From assembly GCF_009914755.1 (NCBI RefSeq), contig NC_060941.1: a stretch of 64,000 nucleotides of DNA. The stretch is one strand, 5' to 3'. Positions within the stretch are counted from its first letter, which is position 1. The number at the start of each line of letters is the position of its first letter. Below are positions 9,465-21,747 of this stretch, piece by piece. Under the pieces are notes generated by a model that saw only the letters and a list, made by a program, of their open reading frames with translations, was not told the DNA's origin and ran no database searches. Origin of the DNA: the human T2T-CHM13v2.0 reference genome, Homo sapiens. Position numbers and translations under genes: made by a program.

Positions 9465-10447
9465 CTAGGGAAGAGCGTGGGAGGGGGAGTGGGAGGAGGG
9501 TGGGGGAGGGGGGCAGGTGAGGGGCAGCAACGGCCTCCCACCTCCTCCCAGACACTACATGGGCACCCTGTACCGAGGTCCCATCTGCAAGGCACCCTCC
9601 CCTCCTGCAAGGCCTGCAAGGCCTACCCCTCCTTCTTGTTAAGAAGGAAGCTTCTGGAACACAACAGGCAACCCTCTCAATATGCCCACAGTGTGCTGAC
9701 CCTGACGGGGTGGGGGGAGGGGGTGTGTTCCACTCAGTGCTACGTGGAGGGGGATGGTGTCCTCATGGAGCTCGTCTGCAGGGAAAACAAACTTCCACCC
9801 CAAAAAGAATGTGGTAAATACTGGGGAGGGTTTCAAGAGAAGAGAGAGGGTCAACGAGGAGGGACCAGGAACACTGCCCCCAAGAATGTGACACTTGTGT
9901 CCCTCACGACTTTCCCTTCAGCAGTTTGTCTGTGCAGGGAACTCTCAGCTCCTTAGAGAGCAGAGCTGGGCCACGGCACCCTGTACACCACACTTCAGGG
10001 AGATGGAGCCGGGGCTGCCAGGAGGGAGGGGGTACAAGCGGTCCCCAGACCAGAGTGGTGGAGCTCAGCTACCAACAGGCCAGATGTCTGAGGGGAAAGG
10101 CACTAGGCTAGGTTGCTCCAGGAGGAAGCACTCAAGCGTCTGCCTCCAAGACAGACAGCCACTGTGGGCACGGGGCTTGCGGGGGGCGGTGGGGGGACTG
10201 GGAATCAGAGATGCGGTCTCCACCTGGGGTTTCCACAGCCTCCCCATGGGGTAAGCAGGAAGTGACTGAAGTCAGGGGCTCACTGGCTCAAGGGCCACAC
10301 TCAGACCTGCTCCCCTGTCCCGACCCTACTCCCGCCAGGCCTGGAAGAGTGGGTTACGCCTCCTGCCTGTCTGGGCCCAGCTCCCCAGGGATCCTTGTCC
10401 ATCTTCTCCCCACCCTGCTCCAGAACAGTGCTGGCCCCCGGCCTCAC

Positions 10448-10509
10448 CTGTCGCTGTAGGCTGCCGCCGCTGCAGCGGGCTGAGCGTATCTGTAGGCTGC
10501 GTAGCCTCC
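10448..10509 (-). CDS. RBFOX3: RBFOX3 exon, 62 nt (GGYAAYRYAQPAAAAAAYSD)
   Basis: Acceptor ctgcag|GGA, donor AG|gtgagg. Confidence 0.95.
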
Positions 10510-11587
10510 CTGCAGGGTAAGTGGGAGGAGAGAGAGCAGAGGGACTTAGTGGGGCTCCCCAGGGAAAGGCTGAGTGGGGAGAGGAGACAGACCCTGTGCG
10601 GGTGGGGCCCTGGGAGGGACTACAGACCTTCCCAGCCTCCCAGCCTCGGCTGGGTAAGGATTAGGTGGTACCTGGCCTGGGCACCTAGTTCTGGTCTAAC
10701 ACAGGACCGAGGACTGCAGATGGCTAGGTGGCACAGTTCAGGGCGAGGCAGGTCTGCCTGTCCACTCCATTCATTCACTCATTCATTCACACATCCATCT
10801 GTGCACTCCACACACATTAGCGGGTACCCATGACTCATCTGGCTGGGTGCTAGGCCTTGGCAAGGAAGAGGTGCTCACAGACCTGCCACCAGGCCACTGA
10901 GGCCTGACTTGGATGCTGAGGGGCTGGGAGAACCCACAGTGACTCTGGATAGTGTCCTGGACACCAGGAAGGGTCAAGGGTAAAGGGCACAAGAGGACGT
11001 GAGCTCAGATGATGTCCTGGCCTCAAATGGGCAGGTAACTGAATTGTAGGCAGCTGCCCAGGACTGAAGGGTGGCTGGGTACATGGGGTGTGGCCGTCAG
11101 TGAGTCTGAGACAGAGGAAGCAGCACATGTGGCCCCATGAAGGGGGAGAAAGGCCACCGGACCCCATCAAGGGGGGTAGGCCCTGGAGCACAGGCACCCA
11201 GGGGCCCTGCCTCCTGGCCCCTCTTGCAGCCCGTGCTGTGGGTGCCTTAGGGGCTCACTCACTGACCGCAGCGTGGTTAGGGACGTGGCAGAGTCCCACT
11301 GCCCCCATTATATGAGGCCTTGCCCACAGGAAGATGGTTTCAGCTCACAGGGCTGCTGGGCGGCCCATTAACTGCTCCCTTGATGGGTACCAACAACCAA
11401 ACTGTGCCATGCTGGGATTCTCAGGGATGCCATACTCTGGGCAGACGTGGCACCCTCGCCCTCCTGGCTTCAAGGGTGGGATGGGATGGGATGGGAGGAG
11501 CGGGCAGTGAGAGAGGAGACGCCGACTTCTCATTGAGACCCACAGAACGCCTGATCCCACCCTCCCTCCCGGCGGGGCTACACTTAC

Positions 11588-11627
11588 ATAAATCTCAGCA
11601 CCATAAAATCCATCCTGATACACGACC
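11588..11627 (-). CDS. RBFOX3: RBFOX3 40-nt exon core (VVYQDGFYGAEIY; B40-like)
   Basis: Acceptor cttccag|G, donor TAT|gtaagt. Confidence 0.95.
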
Positions 11628-11768
11628 CTGGAAGCAAACGGACAAGAAAGTGGTGGGAACGCTGGAGAGGTGGGGTAGGCCGGCTCCGGTGTCTGCTGAG
11701 GAGGGAGGGGGCACGGTGCCAGCCCCGCCCATGGGACTGGCATTTTAACAAGCGTTTGCTCCAGTGCC
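11628..11768 (-). CDS. RBFOX3: RBFOX3 141-nt (47-aa) alternative 3' splice-site extension ALEQTLVKMPVPWAGLAPCPLPPQQTPEPAYPTSPAFPPLSCPFASR
   Basis: Upstream aaaacag| acceptor exactly 141 nt from the proximal one with an open frame. Matches the known long NeuN isoform. Confidence 0.85.
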
Positions 11769-12226
11769 CTGTTTTGGTATAACAATAGAGTAACACCCTT
11801 GCTGATCAGCAACTTTCTCCCACAAACCCCGGGGCCCATAGCCCACCCGACCCCAGGCAGCTGTGCCCCCCACCCCTTTAGTGATGGAGGGCACCAGACC
11901 CCAGGGAATGGGAGCAGAGAGGGCTCAGAGAAGCCCCTCGCTGACCTCAAGAGTGGACAACGGCCCCATTAAAGCATCCAGACAAGGTTCTGGGGCTCTG
12001 AATGTCCCCCTAAATGCCAGTGACCTCCGCGATGCCCGCCGTGGTGGGGATAGGGGTGAAGATAATGGAGGCAGCTGCAGGGCTGAGTTCTGGGGCTCCC
12101 ACGATCCTCCCCCCCCCCAGGTCTGGAAAGGCTGCCTAGCCCCTCGCACTGCGCAGGGCCTCCCCATTTCCCTCCTCCCCGCCGTCCTACCCCCTCCTCC
12201 ACGCCTCCCCCGGCCCAGGTACTCAC

Positions 12227-12359
12227 GCTCCGTAAGTCGGGATGGGGGGTGGGGGTGGCGCAGCCCGAAATGTATTATACACGGCCCGGCCCCGGCCCCG
12301 AAGATGTGCGCCCCGGTAGGCAACGGCTGTGCCGGTGGTGGGGTAGGGGAACCCCGTCA
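12227..12359 (-). CDS. RBFOX3: RBFOX3 exon, 133 nt ([10 protein letters not shown]...PPPIPTYGA)
   Basis: Acceptor ttcctgcag|, donor GC|gtgagt. Confidence 0.95.
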
Positions 12360-12626
12360 CTGCAGGAAACGGGGCCCGAGACACGTGTGAGAGGCACAAG
12401 GGGACCCACCTGGCACCCCCTCCCCGTACACCTAGCCCCCCCGCGCACCTAGCCCCCAACCCCTCCCCAAGCCCCGCCCCCGGAGCGCTACTCAGTCAAC
12501 ACGGCGACGGGAGGGCGGGGACGGCCCACCTGGCCCCGCCCCTCATGCCCCGCCCCCAGAGCCCCCGGAGCCCCACGGGGCCAAGTAGCTGGTCTCATCC
12601 CATCCCCGCCCCGCCCCAGCTTTTAC

Positions 12627-12680
12627 CTGCATAGAATTCAGGCCCGTAGACTGCGCCGACCACTGGATTTAGCTTCCAGC
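12627..12680 (-). CDS. RBFOX3: RBFOX3 exon, 54 nt (GWKLNPVVGAVYGPEFYA)
   Basis: Acceptor tttgttttag|, donor G|gtaaaa. Confidence 0.95.
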
Positions 12681-13389
12681 CTAAAACAAAGGCACAGAGA
12701 CCTAGTCACTGCCTTCCCCGACCCTTTTCCCACCAAAACGTATGCCTGGGAACCCCAGCGACACCGGTGGAGCCCTTGGGAACATTCCCAGGGCGCCTCC
12801 CCGCGCCGGGCCCCCCTTTCCCACACTGCCCGGACAAGTGCTGAGTTCAAAACACCAGGGTCTACTCCTTCCTGACTCTTCTGCCTGGGGGTCTGCTAGG
12901 ATTCTTTCCCAATTGTGATCCTCCTCAGCCTGCCCCTGAGCAACCCTCACCCCTGGGCGTCATCCCCCGAAGCCTGGGGTACCCACCTCCCAGAAGAGAA
13001 CTGGAGAGGGAAAGTGGAACTTGTTATCTACCCCCCTGAGCACAGCTGGGATGAGGGTTTCTGGAGTCAGACTCAGCACAGCCCCACCATCCGAGCTCCA
13101 GGTGGCCAGAGGCTGCAGGAAAGGCGCTTGGACTCTGCCCATAAGCTCTCCCCACTGCCTGCCAAAGTCCCCGTCCTGCTCCCTCTTCCCCGTGCTGAGT
13201 CCTGCTCTCACTTTCCTCCCGTCCTCATCTTCCCCCAGAGCGGCTGTCCGGGAGGGTGGCCTGGGAGCAGGTCGAGGAGGAAAGGGCATTTGGACTGGGA
13301 ATGATAATAAGGATGGGCTGGTTTTCCTCAACACTGTGTGTGAGCCACACAGACTGTTCGAAACTCACGGGGTCCTCCCTGCCCAGTGA

Positions 13390-13500
13390 GCCACCACACC
13401 CTCCCCATTTTGCAGATGAAGAAACAGCCCTGGAGAGGCACAGCAACCTCCCGTCAGCAGCTGGGGAGTGGCAGAGCCAGGGATCCCAGCCTGTAATCGG
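13390..13500. mobile_element. MIR fragment
   Basis: ccccattttgcagatgaagaaac...ggcagagccaggga MIR core-like sequence. Confidence 0.6.
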
Positions 13501-14059
13501 CATCCCAGCCTCTCCCTTCCTGCAGGTGGGCCAGTCTTCCTCTCCCCGGGGGAACCCAGGAGCAGAGCAAAGACCTGCTCCACCTGGAGGCCTCTGCGGG
13601 GGACACCAGCTGCCTTGCAGTGGGCTCCGGCTCCAGGCATTCCGACAGGTTGGGCAGGAGGGCTTCTTGACGAGGCCCAGCCCCTTACCCCTCCTCAGTG
13701 TACCCAGGTCTTATCTCTACAGCATGCCCCGTGGGCCCGGCTCCTTGTCCCTTTGCACTGGGTGGGGAGGAACAGCAGGGACGAGAGCCCACTGGCCAGC
13801 TGGGGAGATACATCTGGAGAGGGTGGCAGTGGGCCCAGGCCATGTGTGAACCCCTGACCCAGATTCTAACAACCCCACTGCAGGGCAGGCAGACTGGAGG
13901 CAGTGAGGACGGAGGGTCGGGGTATGTTCCTCCCTCTGGCCAAGTCTTCACCCCACCCCGCATCCCCGGCCCACCATCACACAACCTTGTGTCTGGACGC
14001 CATTGCTGGGACTTTGGAATCTTCCAAAAAGATAAATCCCAGGTTAGGAAGGAAGAAAC

Positions 14060-14419
<360 letters not shown>

Positions 14420-14566
14420 TAGAAGGCCCATGATGGAGCAGAGTCCTGGAGACCCTGACCCCAAGCCCAGACTCCCCGGGGCTCCATCCAGTGACTCTTC
14501 TGGGTCCACTCTGGGCGAGTGAGACTTGGAGGCTGCATGTGTGCTTCAGATGGCCCTGGGCACCTT

Positions 14567-14668
14567 CACCTGTCAATTCTGGCTTCCTGGATGCCTCCAC
14601 CGGTGATTCTGGCTTCCTGGGTGCCCTCCCCTGTCAATTCTGCCTCTCTGGGAGCCTCCACCTGTCTC
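14567..14668. repeat. About 31-bp degenerate tandem repeat (about 3 copies)
   Basis: cacctgtcaattctggcttcctggatgcctc-like units. Confidence 0.7.
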
Positions 14669-16518
14669 TGCTGCCTCCATTTCACTGTCTGGAACCCCAG
14701 ATGGCAGAGACAGCCTGAGACTGCCTGGCTGGCCTGTTTCTACCGTAAATAGTTAACACCTGGGCAAACCTGGTGGGTTTGTTTTCTACAATGGAAACCT
14801 CCACCCCCAACTGATGAATTCCAGAGTGTTGGGTAGTGTTGAAGCCAAGTCACGCAGCACTCGCCACCAGAGCCCATGGGTTGGCTTCGGTGCCAACCTG
14901 CAGAGAACCCAGGGCCGTCCCACTGCAGCCCTCTGTGCCCAGGCTGATGAAGAGATTGAGATGAAACGGCTCTTGCTGCAAAGGTGGGCAAAGGTTCCCA
15001 CCTCCCTCCATTCCCTGATGTTTCACTGGTGTAGGTTCCGTGCCCCTCATGAGCCGCATAGCCCGAGGCCATTCAGAGATGGGTCTGTTCTGATTTCCAT
15101 GCTCCCCTGAATTCTCACTTCTGCCCAGACAGCGGTGGGTGTGGCCCTTGGGTGCAGAGTGGGCAGCTGGTTCCAGAGATTTTGCAGCCCCGCTGGTTGA
15201 TCACCTGTACCCTATAAAAATGTCTACCGCTTTTACTTCCTGTGCCAAGTGCCAGATCACAGAAGAGTCACACCCAGGACGCACTCGGGATGCTTGCAAA
15301 GTGGGAACACTCCCAAATTTTTAAAAAGAATTTGAGATGTGTAAGTCCTCAGAAAAGCAGGATATGAGGCCATGAGAATCAAGTCTAACTTGGGCCAGGC
15401 CAGAGGCCCGGCCCCACCCCAGCATCGGACACCAGGAGAAGAGCTCGGGGGAGAGGTGGCGGATCGGGCGGTCCTGTCCAGGCTTCCATGCTGGTTGTCA
15501 CCTGACTCCACGTATGGCCGATCACATGGGGGGCCATGAGAGGCTGGGGGTGACACCGTCTGAAAGTCCACGGCAACAGGGAGATCCATCCCGTCTAGGG
15601 GCAGCGCTGAGGCTTCTAAGGGGTCCGAGTGGGAAGCTGCTCCCTGGCAGGAATGAGCGGAGGCCCCCAACGTACGCCTGCTCTGCTCAAAGCAGGCCCC
15701 TTGCCGGATGGAGTTAAGACTCGCAGTGGCCACCAGTGGTCCCCCTGCTTCTCCAGAGCCAGCACTTAGCGTCGGCAGATCCATCTCCAAGGAAGACCGG
15801 CCACCTCCGTTTGCAGTGGGGTGCACACACACAAGATTCCTCAGTCTCCCCTTGCTGTGGACAGCAGGGCTCAGCCTGGGGCCTCAGGGCCACCCATGTC
15901 AAAAAGCCCCAGGAAGGCAGTTACTGTAATCACATCCTCCGAAATCTGAGCACCTCCCCCCGGGCCCTTCCTCATGGTGCTTAAAGGTGTCATTTGTCAT
16001 CGAACAGCTCTGGGGGATGGTGTCACTATTCCTGTTTTGCAGATGAAGAGACTGGAACTCAGAGAGGTCTAGAAGCTCATCCAAGGCCCCCCGTGCCCCC
16101 ACTGCCCTCCCTGAGCCTGCTTACACTGGGAATCGGTGCAGCAGGTCTCAGCACAGAAGCCTTCAAACTCTGGCCCTGGGGGAAAGTCAGTCCTAATCCA
16201 GGAAGGCACAGCTATCCCCCTGGATCAGAAGCCTGCACGTGTGGCCTCTGGGGGCCAGGCACGCCTGGGAAAGTGAGACTCCAGCTATGGCTGACTGTAT
16301 GGGGCCATGAGAGGGGTGAGTGGCCCCCAGCTCTCCTCCCGCCTCTTCTGCCCCACCCGCTTCTGACCGGGAGCAGAGCGGCAGCCCCAGGGCTGGGACA
16401 CTGGGGACGGAGGCTGCCTAGGATCCAGGAAGGTCAGCCTGCAGCAGCCTCAGCTCCCCCAGGGCCTCTGTCCCAGCCAGTGACCCCAGCAGCCTTGTGG
16501 GGGGACCCAGCCCCTTAC

Positions 16519-16579
16519 CGTTGGTGTAGGGGTTCCCCGTCTTCTTGTTGGTCATCACTCGGGCCGTGGCATTATTGAC
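16519..16579 (-). CDS. RBFOX3: RBFOX3 exon, 61 nt (VNNATARVMTNKKTGNPYTN; end of RRM)
   Basis: Acceptor ttgaacag|GTC, donor G|gtaagg. Confidence 0.95.
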
Positions 16580-18096
16580 CTGTTCAAAGAGGGAAGGAGA
16601 GAGAGGAAGAGGGAGGATTAGCCTCCTGGAAGACCCACTGGCCACTCCTCCCCGCCCTGCTCCGTTAGCCCCCGGCACCCCCCGCCCCAGCCTCCTCTCT
16701 CCACCATGCTGCCTGCCCTCCGGGAGCCTTGGCCCCCACTGCTCCCAGCACGGGCTAAAGCCCCGCCTGGCCCAGGACCCCAGACCCAGGCCTGCTGGCC
16801 TGTATCCTTCATGTGGCTGTTCCCATAAACCCAGCCCCAGGCTCCCAGGCACCCCAGGACAGCTGGAGCAGCTCCCTGGTGGACTCTCCACAGAGTGCTC
16901 TCTGACCAGAACCAGCTAAGAGGCTGGACTCCAGGATGCCCCCTCCTCCCTGAGGCTGCCAAGGCCCACCTAGGCATGGGTACCAAGATGGCCACATACC
17001 CCTCCTGGATGATGCCCCCCTCCCCCGAGGCCAGAGTCCTCAATGCTGCAGAGTACAGAGGTCTCTGATGGGGCCCGTGTGCCCCTGGAGGACGAGGCCG
17101 ACAGGGAGGGGGGCTCTGGGCACGAAGTCACCTATTTTCCACACATATGCCTGGGTGAGGCTGTCCAGGGGCAGCCTGGGATGGAGAAGACGAGGCATGT
17201 GTGGGAGGGAGTCGAGAATAGCAGGGGTGATGGGTCCCAGGAAGGGGTCTGGGCTGTTCTGCCTCCCCTGCGTCCTCCATTGAGCCCCGAGGGCGTGGGG
17301 CCGCAGCCTGGCCAAGCCAGTGCCTTCAGAAGTCTGGAAACCTCCTCTCAGGCCCTTCACTGCCTGCCTGAGGGCTCTGTCATGGTGGCTGGCCCCAGCC
17401 CTCCTCCAGCCACCCTTTGGCTGCCCTGCCTGTTGGGGTACCCAGCTCCAGACACCCAGGCCGCAGCAAGGGAACACAGCCCACTGGCACTCTGGACCCC
17501 TGGGGAGCAGGGAAGGAGGGGACAGAGCGGGATGGGTGTCAGGGAGGGACCCAGGGCCCCTCTCCCTGCTCCTCCTTGGGGCCTGGTCTCTTCCTCTGCC
17601 CTGGCCATTGCCACTGCTGCCTCTGCTTCTACCCAAACAAGGGGTGGAGTGGGGCCAAGGTGGGGGCAAACTGCAGGGCCCAGACTGGGCCATGTGGGGA
17701 CAGGTTGGGGACAGCCGCTGCTCCATGGTGAGCAGGGTCTGGGGATTAATGGCTCCTTGGCCGGGTGGGCTGGCCATGGTCCTTGAAGCTGCCAAGCCCC
17801 AAATACAGGATTTCTGGGGCTCCTCCAGTGTCTGGTTGGGGACAGCGCCTCTCCTAGGAAAAGGAGGGAAGAGGCAGGGGAGAGGGGACCTCGGGTGAGC
17901 CTGAAGGGGTGACAGGTGATAGGGCTCAGCCGGCAGCTGAGCACCCTGGCCTTAGTGCGACCCTTCCTGCCACCCCAGGGAACCCTGGCCAGGCTCTCTG
18001 AAGGGTGCGGCAGTGGCAGGGCTGGTTGGTTGGGGGAGCTGGGGGGCAGGTGGGCGATCTTGGGGCATCCCTGCCGCAGCACACTTATCTGAGCAC

Positions 18097-18189
18097 CTCA
18101 ATTTTCCGTCCCTCTACGATCGTCCCATTCAGCTTCTCCCGGGCTCGGTCAGCATCTGAGCTAGTTTCAAAAGTTACAAACCCAAAACC
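18097..18189 (-). CDS. RBFOX3: RBFOX3 93-nt RRM exon ([31 protein letters not shown]; RNP1)
   Basis: Acceptor ctcacag|GGT, donor GAG|gtgctc. This is the frame-preserving cassette typical of RBFOX genes. Confidence 0.95.
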
Positions 18190-19007
18190 CTGTGAGCAGA
18201 GGAGAGGGAAGGACAGGCACGGAGAGGAGGACACAGGGCGAGAAAGAGGAGGAAGACGAGGAAGAAGAGGAGTGGGAGGGGGGCAGGGGAGTGGGGAGAG
18301 AGAGAGAAGGGGTTGAGTCAGGTGAGTTGAGGCAGAGACGCAGGCAGCCCAGAGGTCTGTCCTAGGGCCACCGGCAGGATGCCAGGAGGGGTATGGGCCC
18401 CAGGGGGGCAGCTGCTGACCCAGCCTGAGCCCAGCCTGAGCTGATCACCCGGCATCTCCAAAGGGACAGGCCAAAGCCACATAAGAGACGCCATACCTGA
18501 CCACAGGCCAGGCCTGCCCCCTGAACCCCACCTTGGGGTAGGGGGCCCAGGCTGGGCTTCAGGACCTGCAGGGGCAGCCCACCCATCTCCACCCTCGGAG
18601 CCCAGGGTAGAGGGTCGTGCCTTCCTGGAAGGGGAGTAGGGCTTGTCTCCGCCGGACACCCTCCCCAGCCTGCCCTCTCTGTAGCCCCTCCCTCAAGCTT
18701 CAAGGCCAGTGGTCCCCTGGGGTAAGTGTTCAGTGGGGGTGGGGCCCGGACCTGGGGCCCAGGGCTCTGGGGTGCAGGCAAGAGGTCCTGGTGGCTCAGA
18801 AAGAAAAAGCGGCAGCGGCAGCAACAACACAGACAGCTGGGGTGGGGGCGGGGCGGGTGGGGGCGGAAGAGCGGGGAATACAAGCACCCGTGTCGCTCAG
18901 GGGTCCTCGGGCGCGAAGCTCTCCAGGAAGGAAACGCACATTTCACACGTTAGCCTGGCGGGACCTACAGCCGGCGCTGTAAGGCGGCAGCTCCGTGCGG
19001 CACCCAC

Positions 19008-19061
19008 CTTGGAGCCCCGCTCGTTAAAAATGATCTCCACGTCTAAAATTTTTCCGAATTG
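19008..19061 (-). CDS. RBFOX3: RBFOX3 exon, 54 nt (QFGKILDVEIIFNERGSK)
   Basis: Acceptor ctctgcag|CAA, donor AAG|gtgggt. Confidence 0.95.
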
Positions 19062-20202
19062 CTGCAGAGACAGAGACAAAGAGGGAGTGGGGCAGACAGG
19101 AAAGTGCGGGTTAAGACTGCTGGCCCAGCTGCCCGCTCCACTCCTGAGACGCTCATGCCTGTGCTCTGCCCTCGGCCCCCAGCTTGGGAAAGGAGACCGG
19201 GGACCCCCTCCCACCCCTGGCCATGGAGCAGCTGGGACTTGGCCACTTGGAGAAGGCGATGGTGGGGATAGGGTGCCCAAGGCATCACCAAGAGGGTCCT
19301 TGGTGTGGTGTGGGGACAGGGACAGCTCTCCCAGCCTCTCCTGGAGGCCCGTGTCTCCCTTCTGCCTTGGGGAGCTTTTACTGCCAGGACACTAACTCCA
19401 GCTGCCAGCTGGGCATGGGGGTAGGCACATCACCAGTGTCCCCTCCTCACCCTGCTAGGACATGGCCACTTGGAAAGGGTTACAGTGGGGATAGGGTACC
19501 CAAGGCATGACTGCCCCACCCCTAATTCACACTAAAGGGTAAAGGTCTGCTTTGAGACCCTTCTCTAAAGGATAGGGGAGAGGGAGACAGAGGGACATGA
19601 GTGTCCATTAGGGACAAAGTGCCACAGAGAAGAGAAAGTGCTGGGGTCAGGAAATGGAGACTGAGGCCACCGGAGAGCAGGACCCCTGGTTGGGAAATGG
19701 GACCCTCAGGCCTCCCTGAGATGGGGAGGAGGTTGGGCAGGGGGAAAATGGGGTTGAGGGTGTGAGGGCAAGAGGGAAGCATAGGAGGGTCTTCCGCCCA
19801 GGCCCCCGGGACCCTGCACAGCCTGTCATGGGGCTGTGCTGGCGTGCGGTGCTGAGCAACGGTGACCTGAACCCAGGCCCTGCCTGTGCAGGACGTTTGG
19901 GCCAGCTGGGCCATGACGCTCTAGCTGCCTTCTTCCCTCCCATTGTTGGCCATAGTCCCCATGGGGCAGCCCTGTCTCTCTCACTGGTACTGAGACCATG
20001 AGCCTGTGAACAGCCCCGAACAACACTTCTGAGGTCCCCAGGGCCTGTCCTGAAGCCTGCAGTGCAGGCAACTGATGGGGGTTTCCCAGTCACCTCCACA
20101 CAGTCCTGGAGGCGGGGGGTGCAGCAAGCCCCAGTGGGGCCAGACAGCAATGAAATCCCAACTCTGCCAGGTGCTGAAAAGAGGGGGACAGTAACCTCCG
20201 TT

Positions 20203-20338
20203 CTGCAGGGACCCAGGGAGCTGATGGGGGACAGTGTCCCCATCCTGCAGGGACCCAGGGAGTTGATGGCGGATGGTGCCCCTGTCCTGTAGGGACCCAG
20301 GGAGCTGACAGGGGATGGTGTCCCCGTCCTGCAGGGAC
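20203..20338. repeat. 42-bp minisatellite (about 3.2 copies)
   Basis: ctgcagggacccagggagctgatgggggacagtgtccccatc units start at 20203, 20245, 20287 and 20329. Confidence 0.9.
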
Positions 20339-21609
20339 TGAGTGTATGTAAACAGGTCCCCTGCAGGGGGCATCCAGCCAGAGCTCCAAAATGTCAGCTG
20401 CTATTAAGGGGCAGCCCCAGGCCCAGAGAAACCTGGCAGCTTGCTCAGGACCCAGAGTCGAGAAGGGACAGAGTCCTTGCCATCTGATGATTCTAAGTCA
20501 TGCCAGCCCTCCAATGAGTCTAGACTGCAAATCCAACCAGGCCGGGCTCCTGAGACGGGGAGTGGACTTCTAGGGATCACGTCAGGGGGTAGGTGAACGG
20601 GGACCTCTCCACCCTGGGGCTGCCAGAGGTGCTTCCAGTCTGCCTGACAAATCCCAGCTGGGTCAGGGTGGCATGAGGGGAGAGGCTGGGATTCAGGAGC
20701 CAGAGGCTGTCTACCTGCGCAGCAGAGGTGGGGTGGGCACCGTGGCAGGCAGGCGGAAGAGAAGTTTGGAGGGAGGGAAGAAACACGGCCGGGCTGCGTG
20801 GTCCTCTGTGGCCAGGGCAGGCCTGGGAGCCTGGGCTGAGCCACCCAGCTGCTGCCGCTCACCCACCACTCGGCAGCCCCAGCCCCCTGCAGGCATCAAC
20901 ACCTGCCTGGCGCATTCAAGTCCAATAACAACAAAGTGACCCAGGACCCAGGGGCAGCCCTGCACGTTCTCACGGTGACCCCACCACGGGGCTGAAGCCT
21001 ACAGTGCAAAACCCGGAACAGGCCCTCGGAGTCCAGCAGGGGCTTCACTTCCCATTGACTGTGCATCCGGTTCCAAGTTCCCCACCTGGGGGCCCGGGGG
21101 ACACAGGCCCGGAGAGGTTGACTGCCCGGCCCCCGGGCACACAAGAGAGGCCAGGGCTGGGGCTGCTGCTCTATGGGAGGTTGAGCTGCCCCTCCAGGTA
21201 CCCTCTTGCGAGGAGACAGGAGCCAGAATGTGGGAACAGGGCGGTCATAACCAAACTGGCTGCGAGGTCCCAAGGTACTCTAGGAAACCCCTGAGCTCAG
21301 GTGGTCTGGGGGGCATGGGTGGATTTCTGGCTGGGAGCAGGAGGGGTGGGGTTTGAGGGGCAGCCGCAACAGATCCCCCTACTCCTCAGCTTGAGGCCTT
21401 CCTCTTCCCCGCCACCGTCCCAGCAGGTTCAGGTCAGGGCAGGGCTGGGCCCAGGAGGGAAGGAATCCTGGGGCCCCGGAGGCTCCCTGCGCAGTGGGAG
21501 GCAGGAAACCCGGGGGAACAGGTGTCGGCAGGAAGGCAGGGCCTGTGGGCGCCACCCTGGAGCTGGGGCAGGTGTGGAGGGCAGGATGGGTGGGGCCGCG
21601 CACACTCAC

Positions 21610-21747
21610 CCCGAACATTTGCCGCAAGTCGGGGTCCCTGAACCGGAAGGGGATGTTGGAGACGTGTAGCCGCTTGGGCTGCTGCTTCTCTGTAGGGTCG
21701 GAGGGGTGGAGCGGCTGGCTGTCCGTCTGTGCCGCCTCGTCTGTCTG
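21610..21747 (-). CDS. RBFOX3: RBFOX3 exon, 138 nt (QTDEAAQ...[22 protein letters not shown]; RNP2)
   Basis: Tandem cagCAG acceptor, donor GGG|gtgagt. Confidence 0.95.

Larger units (their letters stand above)
12180..12830. promoter_or_regulatory. Intragenic CpG-rich island with multiple GC boxes (ccccgcccc)
   Basis: Visibly high CpG density over two RBFOX3 exons and the short intron between them. Not computed. Confidence 0.55.

Noticed and set aside
11415-11450. PEYG-coding stretch as a possible relic of the muscle M43 exon
   Set aside because: Only about 12 nt of similarity and no flanking splice sites.
20203-20338. Regular repeats resembling a CRISPR array
   Set aside because: Head-to-tail minisatellite with no unique spacers, in a eukaryotic context.
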